The notes under the pieces are model-generated. The model ran no database searches, had not been told where the DNA came from, and was given only the letters and a program-made list of their open reading frames with translations. Made by a program: the position numbers and the translations under genes. DNA of 63,481 nt, the filler included. It is 6 parts of 6 records of this genome, joined end to end, with 100 filler letters (N's around TTAATTAATTAA, not from the genome) between each part and the next. Parts side by side here need not be neighbours in the genome. Positions count along the whole stretch, not along the records: positions 13,483 to 28,156 come from SRR31156797_36893; 5 more parts are not named here. One strand, 5' to 3'. This document shows positions 19,698 through 28,256 of this stretch, in pieces (the stretch's first letter is position 1; the number at the start of each line of letters is the position of its first letter).

Positions 19698-19989
19698 AAC
19701 CTACGTTTCAGACGATGAGTACATAGAGATCAGCGAGACTGCGCAGCAGTGCAGTCTTTCTCTGTCTGCTTTTGTTAAGGCCGTATCGTTGGGACATGAA
19801 ATTAGAAGCAGCACCGACCAGCAGGCCCGCCGGGAACTTTTGAAGCTCAATGCAGATCAGGGCCGCTTGGGCGGCTTGTTAAAAATGATGATTCTGGACG
19901 ATGACACGAATCGAGTAAAAGCGGAGAGGCTGCTTGAGGACATTCGTCGGCTTCAGGGCAGACTAATGCAGAAGGTGAGAACCGTATGA
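19672..19989 (+). CDS. traJ: TraJ/MobC-type relaxosome accessory protein (RHH); GTG start inferred
   Basis: SLSAFVKAVSLGHEI...RELLKLNADQGRLGGLLK resembles RP4 TraJ; ATGA overlap with the relaxase. Confidence 0.82.
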   Translation: MPSKKRIIKTYVSDDEYIEISETAQQCSLSLSAFVKAVSLGHEIRSSTDQQARRELLKLNADQGRLGGLLKMMILDDDTNRVKAERLLEDIRRLQGRLMQKVRTV

Positions 19990-21611
19990 TCAGCCGAAGG
20001 ATTGCTTGCAAGCCCCAGAACGACAATTACCGCCGACTCGCAGTATACATTGCCGATGCCAAGCACAAAGGCGAAAAGAGTTTGATGTCGTGGTGTGCTG
20101 GCTGCTGGGCCGGTGATGATTACGAACTGGCCATTCAAGAAGTGCTCGATACTCAGGATCTGAATAAGCGCACCCGCAAGGAAAAGACTTACCATCTAAT
20201 CGTGTCCTTCAGACCGGAAGATGAGACCACCCTTACACCGGAAACTTACAAAGAGATTGAGCAGGGGTTCTCCAAGGCTCTGGGCTTTGAAGAACACCAG
20301 CGGCATTGCGGGGTTCATAAAAACACGAACAACCTGCACATGCATATCGCCTACAACATGATTCACCCGGAGACTTTGACCCGTCACGAACCTTACCGTG
20401 ATTTCTACAAGCGCGATCAGTTGCACCGCGAACTGGAGCAGAAGTACGGCTTGAGAGTTGATAACGGCAGGCAAAAGGAAGGCAACCCCAAACGCACAAA
20501 TGATCGAGCTGCCAGCTTCGAGGCTCATTCCGGCCAGCAGTCTTTTGATTCATATATAAAGGAACGCAAGGATTTCATTTTGGAGTCCTTGCGCTCCGCG
20601 CAAAACTGGCAATCCTTTCATAAAGCCTTGGCGCAAATCGGCATCGAGATCCGGCTGCGCGGCAATGGATGCATCCTTAAAGACCTTCATTCCAAAACGG
20701 CCATCAAAGCCAGCAGCCTCGACCGAGATTTCTCCAAGCCCAAACTGGAAGCCAAGCTTGGCAAATTTCAAAAGCCCTTCGATTTCAAGGTGGAAGAAAA
20801 AGAGCGATACATCTCAAGGCCGCTGCACAAATATCGCGGAGAACTATACGCCGAGTACCGCACGGCCATCGAAGCCAGAAAGAAAGCCTACGAGACCCTG
20901 AAAGAAGATCAGGATGCCCGCTGGAAGAAAATCACTACATTCTGGGATGATAAATTAAAGAGAACAAAAAATGACTCCCAGCTCCGCCCCAAAGACAAGG
21001 CCCGCTTGATTGCTTTGGCGATAGATAGAAAAAGCCACGAGGTCGAATTATTCAAAAAGGAAATAGCCGAAAAGCGTGCAGTCCTGCGTGAACAAACACC
21101 ATTCAGCAGATGGAACGATTTTCTGAAATGGAAGGCCGAAAACGGGGATGAAGTTGCGCTCAAAATTCTGCGGTCGAAGAAAGTATCCATCACATCTGTT
21201 CCTAAGGCGGAAGAAAGCAGTCGTAAAACCAAGCTTTCAACTTTGAAGCGTAAACAAGGCCAAATCAGAAGGGATTCCACCTTCGTCTGGAAAGACAAAC
21301 GCAGGCTGCTGTCCATTTCCAAAATGCTGCAATTGCAAGCTAAGGAATCCAACCGAAAGACTGGCGGCGATGAACAAAGTGTCATGGCCGGAATGACTTG
21401 GCGTGTGGATTCGTCCGGCAATGTCCTATACACGCTGAAGAACGGGGCTATGGTTAAAGACAATGGCGATAAGATTTTCTTCAGCGTGGGTGATTCCAGT
21501 GCGGAGCGGGTTGCGCTGGAGCTGGGGCGGATGATGTTCGGGATGAAGGCTAAGGTGTCCGGGAATGTGATTAAGCGGGGGTGGAAGAAAATTGCGTTGA
21601 ACCGAAGGTGA
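19986..21611 (+). CDS. traI: MOBP (TraI-type) conjugative relaxase
   Basis: RLAVYIAD (catalytic Tyr), TYHLIVSF, HKNTNNLHMHIAYN 3H motif. Confidence 0.92.
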   Translation: MISRRIACKPQNDNYRRLAVYIADAKHKGEKSLMSWCAGCWAGDDYELAIQEVLDTQDLNKRTRKEKTYHLIVSFRPEDETTLTPETYKEIEQGFSKALGFEEHQRHCGVHKNTNNLHMHIAYNMIHPETLTRHEPYRDFYKRDQLHRELEQKYGLRVDNGRQKEGNPKRTNDRAASFEAHSGQQSFDSYIKERKDFILESLRSAQNWQSFHKALAQIGIEIRLRGNGCILKDLHSKTAIKASSLDRDFSKPKLEAKLGKFQKPFDFKVEEKERYISRPLHKYRGELYAEYRTAIEARKKAYETLKEDQDARWKKITTFWDDKLKRTKNDSQLRPKDKARLIALAIDRKSHEVELFKKEIAEKRAVLREQTPFSRWNDFLKWKAENGDEVALKILRSKKVSITSVPKAEESSRKTKLSTLKRKQGQIRRDSTFVWKDKRRLLSISKMLQLQAKESNRKTGGDEQSVMAGMTWRVDSSGNVLYTLKNGAMVKDNGDKIFFSVGDSSAERVALELGRMMFGMKAKVSGNVIKRGWKKIALNRR

Positions 21612-21704
21612 ATAAGCCGCTCTCAGCCTCAAGGCTAAGCAGGACGTAAGGGACACCACGTTGAAAAAGTGGGCCTACCTTACCTGTCCTGCCTTCGGAC
21701 TCCG
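21592..21704 (-). other. RP4-like oriT / traJ-II-like element, copy 2, inverted relative to copy 1 (predicted nick on plus strand between 21691 and 21692)
   Basis: Plus strand GTGGGCCTACCTTACCTGTCCTG^CC; its reverse complement aligns with 18701-18813 over about 110 nt. Confidence 0.75.
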
Positions 21705-21916
21705 GGAGAGTATAATGGATTTTGCTAGATTCGGGCAAGCGTTCAAAAAAAATATACAATAATCTTGAATAGTAAATTATATTAAATAAAAATAAAGCAT
21801 AATTAAGCATTGCAAATATTTATTTTACTTTCACGATGACAAACTTGCTAATCTTGACATGATTTGATTTCTATAGCACTAAACTTTCATCATCGAAACA
21901 GGGACGACCCTGTTGG

Positions 21917-21976
21917 TAGCCAATTACCGAGGACGACCTCATAAAAGATCGTCCTCGGTAATTGGCTATTTTTTTT
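21917..21976 (+). terminator. Strong intrinsic terminator upstream of nrfH
   Basis: 20-bp perfect inverted repeat tagccaattaccgaggacga/tcgtcctcggtaattggcta followed by T8. Confidence 0.8.
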
Positions 21977-22088
21977 GGGGTTTGACTGAAGTGTAATCTC
22001 ATACTGTTCGCAGTAAGACTCATGAAAGTATCTAAAAAAGCACTTTAGTGTGTACCAAGTCAACATTTAGTACTAAAGGAGTGAAAAT

Positions 22089-22613
22089 GTGGTTTCAAAA
22101 ATATTGAGTGCTTTCTCATTAGGCTTTGTAACTATAGCAATATGTATTGGATTGTATGTTGCCTACTCATCAAAGGCCTTAACATACCTTTCTGGCGACT
22201 CAAAATATTGCATAAACTGCCATGCAATGAACACACAATACGCAACTTGGAAAAAAAGTTCACATGCATTAAATGCAGAATGTGTTGATTGCCACCTTCC
22301 GCATGACAATATAATTTTAAAATATATGGTGAAGGCTGAGATAGGTGCTCATGATGTAGTTGCATTTACTAAAAATGATTATAAAAATTCGATATCAATT
22401 ACTAAGAAAAGTGAAGCTAGAGTCCAGAACAACTGTATCAGGTGTCATGGCAAAGCTGTTGAACGATTAATGTTTAATAGCATTGGTCAATGCGAAGATG
22501 AGACTGTCTCTATGGGGAGAAAGTGCTGGAGTTGTCACAATCGCATCGCGCACGGAAAGACTAGGGGTTTAGCTACAATGTCCAATGACCTTACAGTAAA
22601 AGAGGGAAACTAA
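22089..22613 (+). CDS. nrfH: Tetraheme membrane-anchored quinol dehydrogenase, NrfH family
   Basis: N-terminal TM; CINCH, CVDCH, CIRCH, CWSCH; directly upstream of an NrfA homolog. Confidence 0.9.
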   Translation: MVSKILSAFSLGFVTIAICIGLYVAYSSKALTYLSGDSKYCINCHAMNTQYATWKKSSHALNAECVDCHLPHDNIILKYMVKAEIGAHDVVAFTKNDYKNSISITKKSEARVQNNCIRCHGKAVERLMFNSIGQCEDETVSMGRKCWSCHNRIAHGKTRGLATMSNDLTVKEGN

Positions 22614-22614
22614 A

Positions 22615-24159
22615 ATGAAAAAAGGCATCATCATTATAGTCAGTTCAATTGCAATTGCCGTTGCGCTGCTGTGGTTGGCTTTAGATATCAACACCAAAAA
22701 AATTGAAAAAGTAGCGCTGACAACCGTAGAAGGAGAACCTTCAGATCCGGCAAAAAGTTCTACGTGGAAACAGTTATATCCACGACAATATGAAACGTGG
22801 GCGAGCACCAAGAAGAACTCGGAATGGGAGGATATGATTGAAACAACTCCTGAGCAAGTTATTATGCGGGCTGACCCATATAGCCCAACAGGCCCAGAGC
22901 TCTTAAATATTCGTGGGCACTACTATTCCGTGATAGACTTTCTTACTGCAGATGGTTCAGGAATCCCTTCTAAAAATAGAAAAGACGACACAACCTCTAG
23001 GTGCTTGCGGTGTCACACCTCAAACGCGCGTGGATTGATGGAGCGTGATGGTAAAATGGAATTTCTTTCTAGCTCCTGGACCAAATATGGCAATGAAGCA
23101 TTGAACCCTATTGGATGTGTCAACTGTCATGATCCCAAGACAGCAAAATTGCGAATGGGCCCCACCGGAGTAGACGAAATGCTTACTGCGGCAGGATTAC
23201 CGGATTTCGACCATTCTTCACATCAAGAAAAAAGAGCCTTGATTTGTGCTCAATGTCATTTTGAAGCATACACTGAAAAAATTAGCTGGAAAGATAAAAA
23301 AGGCAACAGCAGAGAGGCTACCGTAACGAGAACGCCATGGAAGAATGGGTTTACTTTGGACGACATGGAGCGCTTTTACGATGATGGAAGCAACTTCTCG
23401 TCCGGCAAGCCTTACTACGATTTCATTCACCCAATATCAAAAACTCCAATAATATTCTCAGAACATCCAGACTATGAGCTTTTCAAGCAAGGCACACATG
23501 GGAAAAATGGGCTTGCTTGTGCAGATTGCCATATGCCGTACAAACAAGAAGGCGGAGTGAAGTTTACAGATCATAAAATTGGATCTCCTCTGGATACGAT
23601 AGATAGAACATGTCAAACCTGTCATCGCAAGAAAGAACAATATTTTAAAGATGCTGTAGCGGAAAAGAGAAAACGTAAAGAGGTATTGGCTAACATCGCC
23701 ATGAAGAACCTCACTAAAGCACACTTAGAAGCGGGTAAAGCTTGGGAAGCGGGAGCGACAGAAGAGGAAATGGCTCCAGTCTTGGCGGATATAAGGAGCT
23801 CTTTCTGGAAATGGAATTCAGTCGCAAGGGCTGCCTATTTCCATGCTCCTGAACAGACATTGAAAGCCTTGGCTGATTCAAACAACAAAGCCCAAAGCGC
23901 CAGATTGGCTTTGTCAAGCATCCTTGTCAAACATGGGATCACCAACTACATCGCACCTGAATTTAAAACTAAAGAAGAGGCACTTTCTATCCTGAATATC
24001 CCTAATCGGAGGGAATATATGCAGGAAAAATGCAAATTCTATGAAACGCTGGCTAAAAAATGGATTGAAGAAGGCAAAGCCAACGGAACATACGATGAGG
24101 ATATCAGCTATCCAGTGAACATGGAAAGCCGTTATACAAAGGAATGCCAGCAGAGATAA
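22615..24159 (+). CDS. Pentaheme cytochrome c552 (NrfA-fold) with non-canonical active site
   Basis: Five CXXCH motifs (CLRCH, CVNCH, CAQCH, CADCH, CQTCH); scaffold motifs RGHYY, HQEKR.L.CAQCH, ISKTP, CADCHMPY.QEG, FHAPE as in Wolinella-type NrfA. Confidence 0.88.
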   Translation: MKKGIIIIVSSIAIAVALLWLALDINTKKIEKVALTTVEGEPSDPAKSSTWKQLYPRQYETWASTKKNSEWEDMIETTPEQVIMRADPYSPTGPELLNIRGHYYSVIDFLTADGSGIPSKNRKDDTTSRCLRCHTSNARGLMERDGKMEFLSSSWTKYGNEALNPIGCVNCHDPKTAKLRMGPTGVDEMLTAAGLPDFDHSSHQEKRALICAQCHFEAYTEKISWKDKKGNSREATVTRTPWKNGFTLDDMERFYDDGSNFSSGKPYYDFIHPISKTPIIFSEHPDYELFKQGTHGKNGLACADCHMPYKQEGGVKFTDHKIGSPLDTIDRTCQTCHRKKEQYFKDAVAEKRKRKEVLANIAMKNLTKAHLEAGKAWEAGATEEEMAPVLADIRSSFWKWNSVARAAYFHAPEQTLKALADSNNKAQSARLALSSILVKHGITNYIAPEFKTKEEALSILNIPNRREYMQEKCKFYETLAKKWIEEGKANGTYDEDISYPVNMESRYTKECQQR

Positions 24160-24181
24160 CTAGTCAAAGAAATAATAATAT

Positions 24182-24214
24182 GAGGGCCTATCCAAGCATA
24201 TGAGATAGGCCCTC
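24182..24214 (+). other. Intergenic stem-loop after the nrfA-like gene
   Basis: gagggcctatc/gataggccctc 11-bp stem with no U-tract. Confidence 0.5.
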
Positions 24215-24279
24215 GCTATAACAAAATCAGCAAGTTGGTGACAGATCGAAAGTGATCATGCAACGAATAGGAGAGTGTA

Positions 24280-24774
24280 GTGTTTAGAGAAATGCGTCGA
24301 AAAAAACAAATGTTGTCAGTAGAAGAATGTGTTGCTGTACTTGAAAGAGGGACTTCGGGTGTTTTAGCAGTATTGGGAGATGAAAATCACCCATACGCAG
24401 TTCCGCTTAGTTACGTATATCACAAATCAAAAATATTCTTTCACTGTGCAAAGTATGGCCATAAATTAGATGCTATTTCAAATAGCAATAAATCTTCATT
24501 TTGCGTGATAGATAAAGATAAGATCATTCCCGATGAGTACACTACATATTTTCGCAGTGTTATTGCTTTTGGAAAAACACGTATCCTTCAAGATAAATTA
24601 GAAAAAAGAAATGCGTTGAAAAAACTAGCCAAACGCTATTCACCAAAACATGAAAAAGGAAGTTTAGATGAGATTGATAAACTCTTTGAAAAGGTTTTTG
24701 TTTTAGAATTAAGCATAAAACATATGACAGGCAAACAAGCAATTGAATTGCTAAATAATAATTCATCAAAATAA
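24280..24774 (+). CDS. Nim-like 5-nitroimidazole reductase family protein (PNPOx fold)
   Basis: MFREMRRKKQ.L, PYAVPLSYVY, HCAKYGHKLDAI, EYTTYFRSVIAFGK closely follow recalled Bacteroides Nim proteins. Confidence 0.8.
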   Translation: MFREMRRKKQMLSVEECVAVLERGTSGVLAVLGDENHPYAVPLSYVYHKSKIFFHCAKYGHKLDAISNSNKSSFCVIDKDKIIPDEYTTYFRSVIAFGKTRILQDKLEKRNALKKLAKRYSPKHEKGSLDEIDKLFEKVFVLELSIKHMTGKQAIELLNNNSSK

Positions 24775-24821
24775 GCTAGAACCACTACATTCTATTTGTA
24801 AAAATATAACTGGATGTTAAA

Positions 24822-26273
24822 ATGCACCATATTGATTTTCCTACTTATAGAGGCAGCATGGAATATTTTTGTCTTGGCTGCAACTCCCGCTTTCCAATCG
24901 ATGAGTTGTACTATACCTGCCCAAAATGCGGCGGGGTCTTTTTGTTAGAAGACAATTCCTTTGATTTGCTAAAAAGATACCCTGGTCAAAGGTGGCGTGA
25001 CCTGTTTGATTCAAGGGCAATGACTAAAGAGACGACTCTACGCGGTATTTTTCGATTCTATGAACTCATGGCTCCAGTACTCGATCAACAAGATATTGTT
25101 TACTTAGGAGAAGGACATTCCCCTATCGTAGATTTTTCCCATTCGTTACGCAGCGAGTTGGATGGCCAGATGGGTGCTTATAAAAACGAAGGACAGAACC
25201 CCAGCGCATCTTTCAAAGATCGTGGAATGGCTTGTGCGTTCAGTTTTTTGAACAACCTTAGTCGAACCAAAAGTTTTGACAATATTCTAGCTGTTTGCGC
25301 CTCTACTGGTGACACCAGCGCGGCTGCGGCTTTATATGCTTCTTACGCGGGAAAACGCGTCAAATCTGTGGTTCTTTTACCCCAAGGCAAAGTCACGCCG
25401 CAGCAGTTAGCTCAGCCCTTGGGAAGCGGAGCTCAAGTTCTTGAAATTCCCGGTTTTTTTGATGACTGCATGAACGTTGTTGAGTACCTTGCTGATAACT
25501 ATCACGTTGCCCTTCTCAACTCCAAAAACGCATGGCGAATCCTCGGGCAAGAGTCTTACGCCTTTGAAATCGCCCAATGGTACGGCTGGGACTTAGAGGG
25601 CAAATGTGTATTTATTCCAATTGGCAATGCCGGCAATATTACCGCTATTATGGCCGGTTTTTTGAAGCTTTACCATTTAGATATTATTAATAAACTCCCT
25701 AGAATTTTTGGAGTGCAATCCCACCATGCCGATCCGGTCTACCGCTATTATGCCGTCGATGACCCTAAAGAACGTCATTTTAAGCCGGTGAAAGTTCAAC
25801 CTAGTGTGGCCCAGGCCGCCATGATAGGTAAGCCGGTATCCTTTCCCCGCGTGCGATATTTCGTTGAGCAATATGAGGCTATTGGCGGCAAACAGTCTTT
25901 TCAAGTTGTTCAAGTTGCAGAACAGGACATCATGGATAGTATGCTCCAGGCCAATCGTAATGGACATATAGTGTGCACCCAGGGGGGGGAATGTTTGGCT
26001 GGCCTGAAACGCGCACGGCAACTTGGGATAATCGACGAAAAAGAAACCGCAATCCTTGACTCAACAGCACACATGCTTAAGTTTATTGGGTTCCAAGACA
26101 TGTATTTTAGCAACACTTTCCCGTTTGAGTATGGAGTTACCCCTGATGCACAAAAAGCTAACACCCCTCATCTGATTATTGAAGAGCGGGAAAAGACTTT
26201 TTTATCTGCGGAAGAATACACAATAAAAACGGCTGAGAATATTGTTACAATGCTTGGACTAGCTAAAAAATAG
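24822..26273 (+). CDS. thrC: Threonine synthase
   Basis: KNEGQNPSASFKDRGM (PLP lysine), CASTGDTSAA, PIGNAGN; N-terminal CxxC..CxxC. Confidence 0.9.
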   Translation: MHHIDFPTYRGSMEYFCLGCNSRFPIDELYYTCPKCGGVFLLEDNSFDLLKRYPGQRWRDLFDSRAMTKETTLRGIFRFYELMAPVLDQQDIVYLGEGHSPIVDFSHSLRSELDGQMGAYKNEGQNPSASFKDRGMACAFSFLNNLSRTKSFDNILAVCASTGDTSAAAALYASYAGKRVKSVVLLPQGKVTPQQLAQPLGSGAQVLEIPGFFDDCMNVVEYLADNYHVALLNSKNAWRILGQESYAFEIAQWYGWDLEGKCVFIPIGNAGNITAIMAGFLKLYHLDIINKLPRIFGVQSHHADPVYRYYAVDDPKERHFKPVKVQPSVAQAAMIGKPVSFPRVRYFVEQYEAIGGKQSFQVVQVAEQDIMDSMLQANRNGHIVCTQGGECLAGLKRARQLGIIDEKETAILDSTAHMLKFIGFQDMYFSNTFPFEYGVTPDAQKANTPHLIIEEREKTFLSAEEYTIKTAENIVTMLGLAKK

Positions 26274-26320
26274 CAAAGTGAGGAAACGCAAGAGATAAAA
26301 CACTATAGTTTCCTTCTCTA

Positions 26321-27001
26321 TCAGAACAAAGCGGTTAATACAACTGCATAGACCAAAGCAGGGAGAAAGTTGGCAAGATTGATCTCCGTCAAGTGTAACA
26401 GATTAACTCCGATCCCCATGACAAGCACCCCGCCGCACGCAGTAACCTGTATAATCATAGGATCTGAAAATGACTGCTGAAAGCCTTCTGCACCAAGAGT
26501 CAAACTTCCTTGGTACAACAAAACGGGAAGAAATGAATATATAACTCCTGCCCCATATGAGGCAGCCAGCGCGATGGAAGCAAAACCATCAAGAATGGAC
26601 TTTGTGTAAAGTATGGTTGGATCACCATTTATACCTTCCTCAAGCGAACCGATAATAGCCATGGCCCCAACACAAAAGGTAAGCGATGCCATAATAAATC
26701 CGTCAGTAAAGTATTCATTCTTGGATTTAATAACCTTTTTGAACTCATTGCCTATTTTCTCGAACAAGGTATCGAGCTGCAAAATCTCGCCAGTGACACC
26801 ACCAACCATAATGGCAAAAATAACGGCTAAAATATCTTCGTTCTTCAGTGCCATCTGGATGCCTATCACTAGCATGCAAAGGCCAAGACCCTGAAACACA
26901 ATACCTTTAAATCGTTGAGAAAATCTAGATTGCAGCCCGCAGCCGATGACTGAGCCCCCGATTATAGCAAAAACATTGACTATGGTTCCAGTTGGAATCA
27001 T
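26321..27001 (-). CDS. DUF554/YdfK family membrane protein
   Basis: GTIVNVFAIIGGS, FCVGAMAIIGSLEEG, LYTKSILDG. Confidence 0.85.
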   Translation of the reverse strand: MIPTGTIVNVFAIIGGSVIGCGLQSRFSQRFKGIVFQGLGLCMLVIGIQMALKNEDILAVIFAIMVGGVTGEILQLDTLFEKIGNEFKKVIKSKNEYFTDGFIMASLTFCVGAMAIIGSLEEGINGDPTILYTKSILDGFASIALAASYGAGVIYSFLPVLLYQGSLTLGAEGFQQSFSDPMIIQVTACGGVLVMGIGVNLLHLTEINLANFLPALVYAVVLTALF

Positions 27002-27159
27002 TACTTATCTCCTAATAATTTTTATACGGACTAGTGTCTTCGACATCCACGGATAATTTCTTCTAAGTATATTCCTAAATTAGCTGAAATGTCCTTGCAA
27101 TGTGCCAATAAATTAACAAACGAAATGCAACAATCTTTCAAAATAACACAAAAAAATAA

Positions 27160-27633
27160 ATGAATGGTTCAATGATGACTTTGGACGATAAAGATAAAGT
27201 GCTTTTACGCCTGTTGCAAAACGACGGCAGGATGAGCAATGCCAAAATGGCAGAACACCTATCAATAAGTGAATCCTCGTGCTGGCGCAGGCTGAAACGC
27301 CTTTTGGACAATGGCTTTATAATAGGTTTTCAAGCCGTGCTAGATAGAAAGGCAACAGGATTCGACGTACTTTCTTTTGTGCAAATCAGTTGCAGTCAAC
27401 ATTCAGAGGAAGCGACAGCCCAGTTCAAACGAATTATAAGGGCATCGCCGAATGTTCTCTCCTGCCATAACACAACAGGGGATGACGACTTCCTGCTTCA
27501 AGTAGTTGCAAAAGACTTAGATGATTACAACGATTTCGTTGAAGGAGTACTCCGAAAGATACCTGGAGTGGTAAACCTTCGTTCCAACATATCGCTACAA
27601 GAAGTCAAATTACCCCACCTGTTGCCGTTATAA
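27160..27633 (+). CDS. Lrp/AsnC family regulator
   Basis: LDDKDKVLLRLLQNDGRMSNAKMAEHL.IS...CWRRLKRL; TGDDDFLLQV. Confidence 0.92.
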   Translation: MNGSMMTLDDKDKVLLRLLQNDGRMSNAKMAEHLSISESSCWRRLKRLLDNGFIIGFQAVLDRKATGFDVLSFVQISCSQHSEEATAQFKRIIRASPNVLSCHNTTGDDDFLLQVVAKDLDDYNDFVEGVLRKIPGVVNLRSNISLQEVKLPHLLPL

Positions 27634-27891
27634 TGACGCAATAAATATCACAGTACACTTCAAGTCACCAAAAAGTTTTTGATATGTCAAATTACACTCT
27701 CTTACAGTCTACAGAACAGCTCGTTTGACTTTAGTCGGCCCATTATAAGTAAAACAGCTGACGTTTTTTTTGTACAAACAGTTTTGAATGTTTAGTCGAT
27801 TTCTTTTGCTATAGAGCTTTGAAAGGATACAAATTTCAGGTAAACTTATATTTATCTGTGTTGAATTTCACATACAAAGGGATAGTTTTTT

Positions 27892-28156
27892 ATGAGAAAG
27901 TTCTATGAAGGTAAATTAGTGCGGAAGGCTATTGTTTTGGTTCTTGCTTTTAGCTTTGCAGGTGTGCTTGTTGTCTTTTATTTTTATTTCAATTCGTTGG
28001 ATGATTTAGCTACTGAAAACATGCGCCAAAGAGTTATGGTTGCCTTAAATGTTGAAGCTAGTATTCAGCAGGAAATCCTTGAAGAATATACATTTTGGGA
28101 CGAAGCATATGAAAATTGCATTGTTAATGTAAATAATGACTGGATTTCTCTTAATA
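27892..28156 (+). CDS. Membrane sensor protein N-terminus (CHASE4-like), truncated by contig edge
   Basis: TM helix followed by EYTFWDEAYE. Confidence 0.55.
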
Positions 28157-28256
28157 NNNNNNNNNNNNNNNNNNNNNNNNNNNNNNNNNNNNNNNNNNNN
28201 TTAATTAATTAANNNNNNNNNNNNNNNNNNNNNNNNNNNNNNNNNNNNNNNNNNNN
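28157..28256. other. Artificial contig spacer
   Basis: N-run with TTAATTAATTAA. Confidence 0.97.

Larger units (their letters stand above)
13483..28156. mobile_element. Integrative mobilizable element / genomic island at tRNA-Thr; right boundary not seen (core module to about 21740)
   Basis: tRNA fragment, tyrosine integrase, excisionase, TraK/TraJ/relaxase and oriT-like sites; no T4SS genes in the contig. Confidence 0.8.
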
